From IMG/VR virus record IMGVR_UViG_3300031623_000006, positions 1 to 57,062 of that record: a stretch of DNA of 57,062 nucleotides. One strand, given 5' to 3'. This DNA is from a virus (lineage: Duplodnaviria; Caudoviricetes). A model generated the notes under the pieces. It was not told the DNA's origin, searched no databases, and worked only from the letters and a program-made list of their open reading frames with translations. This document shows, one piece after another, positions 33,453 to 44,900 of this stretch (position 1 is its first letter; every line of letters starts with the position of its first letter). The position numbers and the translations under genes were made by a program.

Positions 33453-34465
33453 TGCCTGCGTCTAAGCCAATTGCAATCAAGTTCAAGAACGACAGCACTA
33501 CCCAGAATGAAATCAAGACCATCACCATAACGGGCACGCCGACTGGTGGAACTTTTACACTCACAATTTACGGAAAAATCACTGGGACAATTGCGTATAA
33601 CGCATCATCTTCTACCGTTGTGACAGCCCTGGTCAACATGGACTCTGGTAACCTGTTTGCTTCAGCCGACCTATCTGGTGGCGGTGGATCACTTCCGGGT
33701 ACTGCAGTTACGGTGGAATTTCAGGGCAGCTACGCTTTGACAGACATCCCCGCAATGACAGCCGACGCAACCGGATTGACTGGTGGTTCGTCACCGGCTG
33801 TGTCGATTACTGAGACCACATCAGGAAGTGACGGAATTGTTCCTGCCTACGGAGTCATCAAGATCACTGGTAGCGCGGCTGTTGGATCAAGCACGGCCCT
33901 GACTGCAGATGTGTCTAGCGCAGACGGATCAGAGGGAAAGCACTACATCAACGGGCCATTCGCAGTCCCCATTGGCAAGTACGGAGACTGTTATCACCCA
34001 TCGTCTCCGACGTGGGCGCTGTACGACACAGCCCAGACTCCCGCCTTTGATGAAAGCTGGGGTCCGGTCAGTGGGTCATTTGAATTAAAGAATACGACTA
34101 ACGGCTTCACTATTGTAGGGTCTGCGACGAATGGCAGAGTTCTGGTGAGAGAGGAATCGGGAGGAGGCGGAGTTTCTATAATAAGGTTCCAGATCCTCAC
34201 TGTGGATTGCTCGATATGCACAGCAACAGCAACAGTCATGGCCAGACCACCTGGAGTTGTGTCAGTTCAAGGGGAGGCTGCCGGTGTCGTCAGCGTGTTT
34301 GATTTCGCAGGATGCTTTTTGAATGCTCCCTCTCTGGACCTCGTCGGAAAGCAGGGGTTTGCTGCGTATCTCGACGGAGGCGTAGGGGACTGCGGAGTCG
34401 ATCCTGATGTTGTCAATCGGTGGGAAATACACAGCATCTGCTGTGCCGAGGAAGATTGTCCATGA
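33452..34465 (+). CDS. Tail-associated protein
   Basis: NE..TITITGTPTGGTFTLT...T..IAYNA module; Cys-bearing C-terminus. Confidence 0.65.
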   Translation: MPASKPIAIKFKNDSTTQNEIKTITITGTPTGGTFTLTIYGKITGTIAYNASSSTVVTALVNMDSGNLFASADLSGGGGSLPGTAVTVEFQGSYALTDIPAMTADATGLTGGSSPAVSITETTSGSDGIVPAYGVIKITGSAAVGSSTALTADVSSADGSEGKHYINGPFAVPIGKYGDCYHPSSPTWALYDTAQTPAFDESWGPVSGSFELKNTTNGFTIVGSATNGRVLVREESGGGGVSIIRFQILTVDCSICTATATVMARPPGVVSVQGEAAGVVSVFDFAGCFLNAPSLDLVGKQGFAAYLDGGVGDCGVDPDVVNRWEIHSICCAEEDCP

Positions 34466-36102
34466 CCAACTGTAGCCAACCCCAGAAGGCTTGCTGTTGC
34501 GAACCATGCCACGTAAACGAAGGATGCCCGGCGTCCACGCCACCGCCGTACTGCTGCAGGTGCATGCCCCAAAGGCTGTGTGCAAGGCTGTACGTTGAGG
34601 AAGGCGGATGTATCTGTGCGCCCGTCACGGGCGCAGGGACGGCGCTGGGGACCAGCTCCGCGTACCTTTCTGATGGATTCCAGTTGGCTTGGGACTGCGC
34701 AGCGAGGAAATATACCGGTGAAGGGTTCCTCTGTGGAACAACAACAGTAGACATATCTATCAGTTTCGATACGACTGATGGCGAATGTTCGGCGATGCTG
34801 ACGTCAACCTGCCTGAATTACGACACAGGCACAGGCGCAATCGATACCAGACTGACATTGCCGATGGGCGGGACTGGAACATACGACAATGATGTCAAGA
34901 AGCAGAGTTGCTTGGACTTCACGTTCCTGTTCGAGATCGATCTGAGTACGTGTGACGCATCCTGTGAGACCGCACTCATACTGATTGAGCCAGAGGACAC
35001 GGAGTGCATCGGTACGCCGATGGAGTCGGAAGCCAAGACGGGCACTGGAACACTGGAGAACTGCTACTACACCAAAGCGTGTATGACGTTCACTCAACAT
35101 TCAACCGGAACTGGTACAGGGAACACCGAGAGTGAGGTTTGCATAACGACGCACACCGGGACTGGGGACGACACATGGGTCGCCACATTCCTGGGAGGCA
35201 GTGTTACGGCAACCGTATCACAGGACGCCACTAACCTCGACGAACTAACGCTGTCCATCACATCTGGCACTCCCAACACCCCAACCCAAACTATTACAGA
35301 CTGCCTCAATGGCTTCGACATTACTTGGACGATAGACAACGGAGACACGCTAAGGTTGCAGGGTAATCAACGAGTAGGGTGCACTGACTGCAAGTGCCTG
35401 TGCCGATGCCTGTGTGTTACCAGGGTGAACACCGCTGACGGATCGGCCACAAGAACAACTACGTGCTGGGACACATCTCCCGGCACTGGTCCCGAGGGGT
35501 GGGTGGGAACAGGGATTGGCGTCAACGTCGCATGTAACTACTGCACAGAGACAACGATTGTCACGCTGGACCTCGGGACGGGAACCCTGTCTGCCACGCC
35601 GGGAACCTGCCCTGACATAGACATATCCACCTCAGCACTGGTGAGTGGAGTCAACGAGGACATTTACATCGAGTGCCAAAAATGTACTCCATGTGTTCTC
35701 CCAGACACAATTTCAGGATTCTGCTTCTGTGCAGACACCCCATACTCCCTGACGGCCACGATAGAGAACGTGACCGACTGTGCCTGTGCGGACACAGCCA
35801 CGGCTACGATGTACTATAACTTCAACGAAGATTCACCTGCATGGTTCGGGGTGTTTCCATCCCTGTGCAGCGGAGCCGACCTCGATGTCACACTTGAGTG
35901 CGATGTGGGAGATTGCGATGGAAACTCTGGTTGCGACAGGTTCCGGTTGACCACCTGCACGAACTCAGTGTGTGCCGACGCAGCGGTAGGGACAGCAGAC
36001 TGTTGCGATCCGTTTGAGCAATTGTTCACAGGAGTTGGAGCAGGCTGCTCATCGTGCGATGACCCGGCAACCGCAGACTTTGATGTAAGAGTCACAGCAT
36101 GA
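34462..36102 (+). CDS. Cysteine-rich, Thr/Gly-rich tail-associated protein
   Basis: About 50 Cys in 546 aa by manual count; recurring GTG(T) motifs. Confidence 0.75.
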   Translation: MTNCSQPQKACCCEPCHVNEGCPASTPPPYCCRCMPQRLCARLYVEEGGCICAPVTGAGTALGTSSAYLSDGFQLAWDCAARKYTGEGFLCGTTTVDISISFDTTDGECSAMLTSTCLNYDTGTGAIDTRLTLPMGGTGTYDNDVKKQSCLDFTFLFEIDLSTCDASCETALILIEPEDTECIGTPMESEAKTGTGTLENCYYTKACMTFTQHSTGTGTGNTESEVCITTHTGTGDDTWVATFLGGSVTATVSQDATNLDELTLSITSGTPNTPTQTITDCLNGFDITWTIDNGDTLRLQGNQRVGCTDCKCLCRCLCVTRVNTADGSATRTTTCWDTSPGTGPEGWVGTGIGVNVACNYCTETTIVTLDLGTGTLSATPGTCPDIDISTSALVSGVNEDIYIECQKCTPCVLPDTISGFCFCADTPYSLTATIENVTDCACADTATATMYYNFNEDSPAWFGVFPSLCSGADLDVTLECDVGDCDGNSGCDRFRLTTCTNSVCADAAVGTADCCDPFEQLFTGVGAGCSSCDDPATADFDVRVTA

Positions 36103-37316
36103 ATGACCTGTCGCACCTGCCCGCTGGACGACTACGAATTGCAGATGGGACCAGCGGACTTCCACTCCCCACAGTCAACAAGTACAGGGCAGCGTGGGGA
36201 CTGGAGCCGCTCGCTGCTCTTCCACCTGGGGTCAAGGTTCGAGCGTCCAACAAAGTGCAGGAGGCTGTAGCGAGGAAGGCGGCAGCCAAGGAACGGGTGG
36301 CTAAGTCTGGTCCCGGCACAGAACTCAAGGCGATATTCAAATCAAACGGAGTCCCGTCATGCCAGTCGTGCACAGCTTTGGCGAACCAGATGGATGAGTG
36401 GGGTGCTGACGAATGCGAGTCGAAGATAGACGAAATCGTTGAGGACATGCTCCCCCGAGCGAAGGAGTGGGTGAAGGATAACCGGAGATTCATCCACAAG
36501 TTGCTGCCGGACGCTATCGAGTCATCGGCCATCAAGTTCAAGCTGAAGGGTTACGTCAAGCAGGCAATAGCGAACGACCGGGCGAACGCATTGGTACGCC
36601 GACAAGAGACGACTTGGGAGTACGGCGTCACGACAGTTCCCGAGAGAATGGGAGACATGCTGCCTAGAACTCTTGAGAGTTTGAGTGCTGCTGGGTTCGA
36701 CAAGCCCAGACTGTTCGTTGACGGGGAAAGTGACGCAAAACTGTATGAACACTTCGGGTTGGATGTTACGACACGGTATCCCAAGATCAGGACGTTCGGA
36801 AACTGGCTGCTATCGCTCTGGGAACTCTATTTGAGAAACCCGAACGCTGATCGATATGCGATCTTCCAAGACGACCTTGTCACGTACAAGAACCTCAAGT
36901 CATACCTGAACCTGTGCGATGTGCCAGACAAGGGGTACTGGAATCTGTTCTCATTCATGGAGAACGAGAAGGTGATCGTTGGCAAGAGCGGTTGGGTCGA
37001 AGCCAAGAAGCTGACCGGAAGGGGTGCTGTGGCGCTCGTATTCAGCAAGGCTGCCGTTAAGGTGCTGCTGACAAACTCACACATGGTGAACAGGGTGGAA
37101 GACCCAGCCAGGGGGCACAAGCTGATAGACGGTGGGGTTGTCGAAGCATTCAACAACGAGGGGTGGAAAGAGCATGTGCATTCACCCAGTCTCGTACACC
37201 ACACTGGTGTCGTCAGCCAGACCAGCCGCAACAAGTACAAGCCTGCCGAGTCGTTCAGGGGTGAGGACTTTGACGCAATGGATTTAATCGAGGAGCAGAA
37301 GCATGCAGGGGACTGA
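36099..37316 (+). CDS. Fusion of a CxxC helical domain and a GT-A-type glycosyltransferase-like domain
   Basis: GPGTELK...CQSC...ANQMDEWG then YGVTT.P.R...TL.SL...AIFQDD...PSLVHHTG. Confidence 0.65.
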   Translation: MNDLSHLPAGRLRIADGTSGLPLPTVNKYRAAWGLEPLAALPPGVKVRASNKVQEAVARKAAAKERVAKSGPGTELKAIFKSNGVPSCQSCTALANQMDEWGADECESKIDEIVEDMLPRAKEWVKDNRRFIHKLLPDAIESSAIKFKLKGYVKQAIANDRANALVRRQETTWEYGVTTVPERMGDMLPRTLESLSAAGFDKPRLFVDGESDAKLYEHFGLDVTTRYPKIRTFGNWLLSLWELYLRNPNADRYAIFQDDLVTYKNLKSYLNLCDVPDKGYWNLFSFMENEKVIVGKSGWVEAKKLTGRGAVALVFSKAAVKVLLTNSHMVNRVEDPARGHKLIDGGVVEAFNNEGWKEHVHSPSLVHHTGVVSQTSRNKYKPAESFRGEDFDAMDLIEEQKHAGD

Positions 37317-37869
37317 GGTCAGCATGTACGACAAGCTGAAGGATGAGTGGGTGCACGCTGGTGGATCGGAAGACTACGTCATAGGCGAACTCCTGTGGCG
37401 TGCAATATCGAGTCAGATTCTCAGGGGCATGCGGACGCTGGAGACTGGAACCGGACTGAGTACGATGCTGTTCTCAGAGGAGTGGGTACACCACACGGCA
37501 CTGGAAAACTCTCGCGAATGGCATGCTACACTTACAGAGACGGGGGTCCAGAACATTCCGTCAGTCGAAGTCCACCTCAGCGAGTTGCAGCAGGGCGAGT
37601 CAGGCCAGTGGTACAAGTGGAGGCCAAATAACGGGATCAAATACGACCTCATCCTGATAGACGGACCCACAGGAAACATTGGAAGAGATGGGATATTGGA
37701 CGTGCTGGACGTGCTGGCACACAAAGACACCATCATATTCCTCGACGATACCAACAGGGATGCCGAGAAGATGCTGGCCAAGAAGATCGCCAGTGCCAGG
37801 GGTCCCAGCGTCAGTTATTACAAAGCGTCACTGTCTGATGGCAGGGAATACGCCCAGATCGGTGAATAA
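37303..37869 (+). CDS. Class I SAM-dependent methyltransferase-like protein
   Basis: TLETGTGLST (motif I), YDLILIDGP and IFLDDTNR. Confidence 0.8.
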   Translation: MQGTEVSMYDKLKDEWVHAGGSEDYVIGELLWRAISSQILRGMRTLETGTGLSTMLFSEEWVHHTALENSREWHATLTETGVQNIPSVEVHLSELQQGESGQWYKWRPNNGIKYDLILIDGPTGNIGRDGILDVLDVLAHKDTIIFLDDTNRDAEKMLAKKIASARGPSVSYYKASLSDGREYAQIGE

Positions 37870-37904
37870 GACCTAACCCGACCGGCTTCGCTACCGCCTG
37901 GATC

Positions 37905-37943
37905 GGGCCTCTGGGGAATAACCTTTCCCCGGAGGTTTTCTTT
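37905..37943 (+). terminator. Intrinsic terminator after the tail and modification genes
   Basis: GGGCCTCTGGGGAA/TTCCCCGGAGGTTT stem followed by TCTTT. Confidence 0.75.
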
Positions 37944-37981
37944 GATTACAATGAATCCCAAATCACTCTGGAGGGATATCG

Positions 37982-40546
37982 ATGGCATCGGACGGCAACA
38001 AGGCACGCGGTGGACGACAGAAGCGCAAAGTAGATGCGAAGGCACTCTACGCTGCACGCGCGGCAGACCGGGTGAAGAGGGGCATTGGGCAGCAGCAGCA
38101 GGCTATCAATGCGTTTGCTGCGGATAGGGATGCTGCTAAGTCCTATGGCAATACAGACACCCTGTCCCCCCCAGGATCGCCATTTCCTGCTCAAATGCAG
38201 AGTTCCTACGCCGGTAGAATGGACGGTGCCCCATACCCCAACGTACCACAACCAGCACCGATGCCGCAGCCACAACAGCAGCAGGGTGGCCCGGTTGAAG
38301 CACCAGTTCCATTCAATTGGACCGACGTAACAAGTAGTCTCATAAAAGGTACACCACTCCCTGCCGGGGCAAGGCAGCAACTCCAAAGAGTCAGCCCAAG
38401 CCCTCCGTATGAAGAGGGTTTGTCGCCAGGAACCAGAGCATTCCAGCGGGATATTCGTAACTTTGAAGGAATAATGGCGGACGGGGAGCCACCGGTTCTA
38501 GCACCGGTTCCCCAGCAGCAGGGTGGTGGCCCGGTTGCTGCACCGATGCCACAGCCACAGGGTGGTCGTGGTTACACGCAGGAGTACAGGATAGGCGAGG
38601 ACGGACCTGGCGTTGGAGGTCCGATTGGCGCTGCATTGACGCCACAAGCCAGAGCCATGACGGGGCTTCCTGAACAGGGTGGACCGGAGCTACTGGGTGG
38701 CAATGCACGGGAACAGTCTCTCCCCGGTGGGCAGTTCAGGGGTGACGCACGTCACACCTATGGACCTGACGAACAACCGCAAGGCCGAGCAATCGAAGCT
38801 GAAAATAAGTACGGACGAAAAAGCACTATCGGAAATAGCTACCGCGCCCCGTCTGGACCGAACGGCGAACCGGGACAATACATCGGCGATGCCGCACAGT
38901 ACGACGACCCGCGCACAGGACGCCCCGGTGAACCACCCACAGCCATCGCACAGCCTGCACGTCCCGGTCCCCAGCCAGTGGGGCAGCAGGCTGGCGTACC
39001 ACAACAAGGTGGTGGATCGCAGATGCTGCAACAGTTCAACGACAGGGCACCGGTTTGGCCGGACGGCAGCCAGAACTCAACTGCATGGGGTGTGTTCTCC
39101 CCGAAGCAGATGATTGGTGACATGGCTGGCCCCACCGGATCAACGGGACAGAGCCACACTCCATATACCCCGCCACCTATCGACGAGCCTCAGATCGCAG
39201 AACAGAGGGGGCTACTCGCCCAAGAACGGAATCAGGAACTTCTCGACCAGCAGAGGCAACAGGCGATAATTGACGACCCGAACGGCGTCGAGGCACAGGC
39301 TGCCAGAGCAGAAGGACTGGATGTGTTCAACGCCAGCCCGCAAAGCATCCGGTCACGAACCATTGCGAGACAGCAAGGTCTGCGTGACGAAGGTGCGCAG
39401 CAAGCAGAACAGATTGAGCAGCAGGCTATCAGCGGGGTGCGTAATCGACGCATGGAAGTCAGTCCCCAAGCCAATTCCGCTATGGCGCGACGATTCATCA
39501 ATCCAGACGGCACCCCGATTCGACTTCCCGGTGACCAAGTTGGCGGGCAAGCTGCTGTTCCCGAGAAGCAGGGATTGAGTGATGGGACTCAGGCGCGGAT
39601 GGACGCGATGCAGACTGAAGAAGGTGGATACGCGCCGGGGCAGCAAGTTGGGAACTCGATTGCATTTGAGACAAAGTCGGGCGGTATCGGACTTCGCGGC
39701 ATCAATCGGAAAGACGCACAGGGCAATGCACTTCCAGACACTGACCTGTCAGACCCGTCAACATACGGACGCAAAGGCCCGCTGGCAGGCCGATACGCAG
39801 CCCAAGTCGCACGCCACGCTGCAGCCAAGCAGGGCATCCGTGGTAGGCAGGCAATCAACGAAGGCGAGTCAGCCCAAGATGCAATCACACGACACTCTGG
39901 GGTAGCGTCGAAACTGCGAGAGAAGCAGGGCAAAGAGTCCAAGCTGCTTCGCAAGGCCCGATCGTTCAAGAAAGCTGGCAACCAAGCTGGCTACCAGATG
40001 GCGATGTCTGAGTTGCGGAAGACGATGGGTGGGGAACAGGATGCGGGTGGTAAGGATGACGGGTGGACGCCAAGAGACTCAAGCAAAGCGTCCATAGCCG
40101 ATCGAGCAAAGGGGACCACCAAATGGATGGGTGATCTTGAAAACAACGCAACAGCCACTCGACTCGGAATCAATGCGGAATCCGCATCTTCGATGAGTGC
40201 TGAGGATTATGGCGATTCCATCGTGAGCGCAATGTCCAAGGCTGATACGCGGTTGACTGAAGACGACTTGATGGAGTTTCGTCAGCACATGGTTGACAGG
40301 GCCGGTTCGGATAATAAATTTGGCGGTGGTCACGGCAATGGCGCTGGTGGAGCTATCACACAGGCAATCCTAAAGGCAAAGCCGGGTGAGTCACTGATTG
40401 ATGCGATTGAGGTAGGGAAGGCGGCATACGCCAAGAGGCAAGAGGAAGCGCACATTCCAGGGTATAAAAAGCCTCCGGTTCCAGGTGACGCATTCACCAA
40501 AAGAGTGGAAGCAGCGAGAAAGTTCCGTAAGAAATGGGGATTCTGA
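37982..40546 (+). CDS. Large Gln/Gly/Pro-rich protein, putative internal virion (ejection) protein
   Basis: GGAGG site; 854 aa of low complexity with short QQQGGPV and APMPQPQ repeats. Confidence 0.55.
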   Translation: MASDGNKARGGRQKRKVDAKALYAARAADRVKRGIGQQQQAINAFAADRDAAKSYGNTDTLSPPGSPFPAQMQSSYAGRMDGAPYPNVPQPAPMPQPQQQQGGPVEAPVPFNWTDVTSSLIKGTPLPAGARQQLQRVSPSPPYEEGLSPGTRAFQRDIRNFEGIMADGEPPVLAPVPQQQGGGPVAAPMPQPQGGRGYTQEYRIGEDGPGVGGPIGAALTPQARAMTGLPEQGGPELLGGNAREQSLPGGQFRGDARHTYGPDEQPQGRAIEAENKYGRKSTIGNSYRAPSGPNGEPGQYIGDAAQYDDPRTGRPGEPPTAIAQPARPGPQPVGQQAGVPQQGGGSQMLQQFNDRAPVWPDGSQNSTAWGVFSPKQMIGDMAGPTGSTGQSHTPYTPPPIDEPQIAEQRGLLAQERNQELLDQQRQQAIIDDPNGVEAQAARAEGLDVFNASPQSIRSRTIARQQGLRDEGAQQAEQIEQQAISGVRNRRMEVSPQANSAMARRFINPDGTPIRLPGDQVGGQAAVPEKQGLSDGTQARMDAMQTEEGGYAPGQQVGNSIAFETKSGGIGLRGINRKDAQGNALPDTDLSDPSTYGRKGPLAGRYAAQVARHAAAKQGIRGRQAINEGESAQDAITRHSGVASKLREKQGKESKLLRKARSFKKAGNQAGYQMAMSELRKTMGGEQDAGGKDDGWTPRDSSKASIADRAKGTTKWMGDLENNATATRLGINAESASSMSAEDYGDSIVSAMSKADTRLTEDDLMEFRQHMVDRAGSDNKFGGGHGNGAGGAITQAILKAKPGESLIDAIEVGKAAYAKRQEEAHIPGYKKPPVPGDAFTKRVEAARKFRKKWGF

Positions 40547-40788
40547 GATGGGCGGTTCTCGTGGACTCAATACGAACTGAGTGTGTTGGTTGCGGAGAAA
40601 CATTCCCGCGTTGGTCTGACTCCCGCGCTATCTGCCCCATGTGCGGGAAAACGTCAGAGCCACTCGCAACTGTCGCCCCACAGAAACTGCAATTGACCAC
40701 CGTTGCCAACGACGATGTAGTTCTATGGGTGTTTGTCTTTTTTGCCGTCTCCCTTCCAATTTGCATTTGGCTACTGTACCGTGCATAA
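40534..40788 (+). CDS. Small zinc-ribbon plus transmembrane protein
   Basis: CxxC...CPxCG and a C-terminal hydrophobic helix; start may be the GTG at 40561. Confidence 0.6.
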   Translation: MGILRWAVLVDSIRTECVGCGETFPRWSDSRAICPMCGKTSEPLATVAPQKLQLTTVANDDVVLWVFVFFAVSLPICIWLLYRA

Positions 40789-40826
40789 CCAATTGAGTCA
40801 TCCCCCCTAAGAGAAGGGAACACCCA

Positions 40827-41921
40827 ATGGCATCTGCAGGACAACTGAAGCGAGATAAAGAGAAGTACGGTAAGCGAAAATCGCCGTGGTACTGCTTCTG
40901 GAGGAACCCGGAAGGCAGGGCGAGGCAGCGAAAGTGTGGTGTCGGACCAGACGGCAAGAAGCTCGCCGACCGGTTGGCCATGAAAATCAATGGCGAACTG
41001 GTGATGGAAACCTACACGGAACGCGGACCCAAGACGTGGAAGGCGTTCTACCACGAATACTACCGGCTAGTCATCAGCCAAGGCGAACTCGAGAACGGCG
41101 AACTGGCGATAACATCCATCGGTCATTTCGTCCGCATCTGCGCCCCGTTGCGAGCCAGCGCCATTAACCGAATGATGCTCGATGAGTTCGTCGCAGTACG
41201 ACGCAAAGAACCGGGACGACGCAGAGGTTCGAGAGTGTCCAGAAGCACCATCAACAAGGAGCTTCGGTACATTCGCAACGCACTTCGCACGGCGTTCAAG
41301 TGGGGATTCACCACGCGCGAACCGGACATCCCATTTGTTAAAGAGATGCAGCGAATCGAGACGTTCATCTCAATGGACGAGTTCAGCGCCCTGTACGCTC
41401 AATGCAACGCGGCAACGTCACCGGCAGTCCACGGCATCGAACCTGAGACGTGGTGGCGTGCATTCATCGTCACCATGTATATGACAGGTTGGCGAGTGTC
41501 TGAAGTGCTGTCCCTCAGATGGGAACACGTTGACTTTGAGAAAGGCACAATCTTCTCACCAGCCGAAGAACAGAAGGGACGTCGAGACGAGGAAATCCCG
41601 CTGCACAATCTCATCGTCGAGAGACTGGAAACCATCAAGGGAGACCGTGAACTCATCTTCCCAATCAAGACTGACTGTCGCCGACTCTACGACGAGTTCC
41701 AGAAGATTCAGGATGCCGCAGAGGTGAAGTCGAAAGACGGATACTACGCATTCCACGACTTGCGTCGAGGGTTCGCCACCGAGAACGCGGACAGTATGGA
41801 CCTGTTTGAACTGCAGAAGCTGATGAAGCACCGCAGCCTCGGGACAACGCAGAAGTACGCGGCTATGGCACATCGGTTGCGAAAGCCGGTTGACAACCTC
41901 AAGGTGCCGGTTCTGGCGTAG
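40827..41921 (+). CDS. int: Tyrosine recombinase / phage integrase
   Basis: Catalytic set R (TGWRVSE), K (QKG), HxxR (FHDLRR), H (MKHRS) and Y (TTQKY). Confidence 0.93.
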   Translation: MASAGQLKRDKEKYGKRKSPWYCFWRNPEGRARQRKCGVGPDGKKLADRLAMKINGELVMETYTERGPKTWKAFYHEYYRLVISQGELENGELAITSIGHFVRICAPLRASAINRMMLDEFVAVRRKEPGRRRGSRVSRSTINKELRYIRNALRTAFKWGFTTREPDIPFVKEMQRIETFISMDEFSALYAQCNAATSPAVHGIEPETWWRAFIVTMYMTGWRVSEVLSLRWEHVDFEKGTIFSPAEEQKGRRDEEIPLHNLIVERLETIKGDRELIFPIKTDCRRLYDEFQKIQDAAEVKSKDGYYAFHDLRRGFATENADSMDLFELQKLMKHRSLGTTQKYAAMAHRLRKPVDNLKVPVLA

Positions 41922-41922
41922 G

Positions 41923-44900
41923 CTACTTCTTTTCCTTCTTCGCTTTGGCTCGTGCCTTGGCTTGCTTCTGTTTGAGTCGGCGAAATGCGTTCCGCCGTTC
42001 CATGTGCGCGGCGAGTTCAGGATCAGTCTTGCGGGTTTCTTCGATGTCCGCTTTGCTGAAATACGTTTGAGTGAACTGTCTGGCACCCATCGCACGGTCT
42101 TCGGCGTCCATTGTCTCTCGCAACACAGCGTCTCTGGCGGCTTGGCTGACGTCCGTAACCCTCAGACCAGTCAGCGTATTGAGTGCGGCCATCGAACCGG
42201 GGAACGGGCCACCCTTGTATTTCCGCTTGTCCGTCAATGTTCGGGCTGTGCTTGCCGCCCGTGACAATGGACTGTTCCCAATCAAGAACTCTAATCCCTG
42301 CGAACCAAGCAGCGGCGATGCCTTCCCACTCGGTGTCTCGTCTTGGATTCCGAGATTCGTCAACAGCCGCCCGACAGTCGGGTCCATGTCCGACAGTTCT
42401 CGCCCACCACCGGGACCACGCTGGAAGAATGACTCTCCAGCCGCCCACTCGATAGGTGCTTTGGCTAACGGGTTCAACTGGCTGGCACCCTGCGCCAGCG
42501 CACCGCGAACACCACCACCGAAATACGACATCGGCACTTCGTGCATCAATCCGAGACCACTGAGGAACCGCTGCGATCCGTCTTCTGATTCCCCAAGCGG
42601 AATGGATGCCGTTTGTGAGATGTGTTCTGGAAGCGGTTCGTCCTGTTGGGTGGTTTGGTTCTGTCCCCGAATCGACTGCCCAAGTTTTCCACCGGGGCGT
42701 TCCACCAGTTCCTTGGTTACAAACTTTGCCATGCGAGATGAAAAGCTGTAGAACGGAAACGCTTTTTTAAGATACGCCCGTTCCGTCGCAGTGAAAGACT
42801 CTGGCAGATAGTTTACTTGGGACGCATTGGCAATCCGCTTCGCCACCGTCACGTCAACGCCACGTTCCAAATTGGCGACAAACGATACGCCACGCCCCAT
42901 GCTGTCTGTGTAGCGACTGGCTCTCTCGGCGATGGCTGCTGGCTTGAACGTCGTCTGAGTTCTACCACCAACACCACGAATTCCCAGCGGGTTAATCGCT
43001 TCAAGGGACAGTGCTTTTGCACCAGCATTGAATGTTGATGGACGAAACGGCGACAGGGGGTCACGTCCAGCAAACTCAGACGATATGTCCGCAGCCTGAC
43101 TCGGACCCATCCCTGAAATATCTCCCGCAACCTCAGATACTCCCTGCGCACCAACCGATGAGGAATGCAACCGATGCGTGTAGAGTAGTTGTCGCATCAT
43201 CTCCGTAGAGTTTTCCGCCGTTGCCAGCATCCCCTGCTCTTGCATCATCTTGCGGATCACTGGGATCTTAGTGAAGTCGGCGACTCCCCCTGCAAGCAGT
43301 GTGTGCATCCCCTTCGATGCGCTTGCGCTCCAGTTGCCAGTCAAGACATTCATCGCTTGACTGGATGTGAAGTCACGGACAATACGCGCAGGCCAACTCA
43401 GTACGCCGACTTTGAATATATTCGTCGCTTGGTCGTACAGGCTGGACATCGGGCCTGCGACAGACTTAATGTCGTCACCCTTAACCAACCGGACAATGTC
43501 GTCCGCGATGCGTTCGGGGACACGCATCGCCCGTAGCTGCTGTTGTCCTGCTGTGGTTCGGTGATCGATTCCAATCTTCTCTCCGACAGCCTCTCCAAAC
43601 TTGAACAGCGCACCGCCCTGTTCGGTTATCTCTTCCATTCCCGCCTTGCCAATGGCTTCCCCAACAGAAATCGATTGTCCGAGTGCCCTGTCGTACTGCA
43701 TGATTGGAGTCGCATGCTCAGACAACGCCTCGATGAATGACGCACTCTTGGCAATTCCGATCTGCATCCCGATTTTTGCGTTCTGTGCATCAAGCAGCGG
43801 GTTCCCACCGAAGCCACCAGACGCTCGCTGACTCGGCGTGTACTTCGTCTGAATCTGGTGTACGAGTTCTTCGATCTGCTGTTCTCTGGCAAGAGCCGCC
43901 TGCGAGTGTGCTTCGGCCTTAGTCGCGCTGGCGGCTTGGCCAGATCGAACAGTTTCGGCATCCGACGCGGCGTTGGCTGGCCTGGCTGTTCCACGCGGAT
44001 TGGATTCCGTGACTGTGGTTGTTCTTCCCAGTGCCTCACTTGATCTATGACCGGAATCGATTTTCCTTCTGAGGTCGTCAAGTTGGGATTCGATTATTTG
44101 TTTCTGGTGGGCAAATGTCGCGCCGTCAATCTCTCCGTGCCGAAACTGCCTCCCAGCCTCACTGAGGGCATCGGTGTGTTCCGCAATCTGTTCCTGTGCG
44201 TCAATAATCACCCTGGCAACACTTGATGAACCCTGTGCGCTCCCCGTCGCCTTGGCAGCACCGGCATTACCTGCGTGATCCTTGGTGCGTCCCAATGGGT
44301 TCTCAGGGAACACGGACTCAAGTTCCTTGCCGTATGTCGCCTTGAAATATGCAACTGCGTCTTCAACACTCCCCTCGTGCATCTTCGGGTCTGCAATCAC
44401 CTTCCTGAAATGTTCGGTTCCTTCCTTCAACCCGCGTAGATAATCTTTACGGTGCATTAAATTGGCGTTGTTGGAGATGACTTCAACGAACTCTCGTGGG
44501 AAATAGTTGATTCCAGCGGGGTCTGCGAAGTCATCGATATTCCGCCCAAGGCTGGTTGCCTGATCAAACAGTCCGGGGAACGAATCATCTGCGACTTTGT
44601 TCCGCAGTTCGCCCATCAGGTCGCCCACGTTCGATGCGTCAATCGCGTCGTCAGCAATCCCATTCTTATTCAGTATCCGCCGCACCTGTGGCGTGACATG
44701 ATTCGCGTTGGTGTCAATCTGAGACGCGACAGCTTTCCCATCCAGCTTGTCGAGTAGTTCCTGTGCCTCGTCCGTGATTCCGCCCCGCTTGGTGTATGAC
44801 TCAAGCACTTCACCATACACGGCAGCTTTCTCGGCGGCTTCCGGTGACAGCTTTCCCATGTCCAAGACACCTTCAGCGTGCATCCGCCCGAGCATCGCCG

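Noticed and set aside
40789-40826. attP site upstream of the integrase
   Set aside because: The gap is only 38 bp, with no recognisable tRNA-end core or arm-type repeats.
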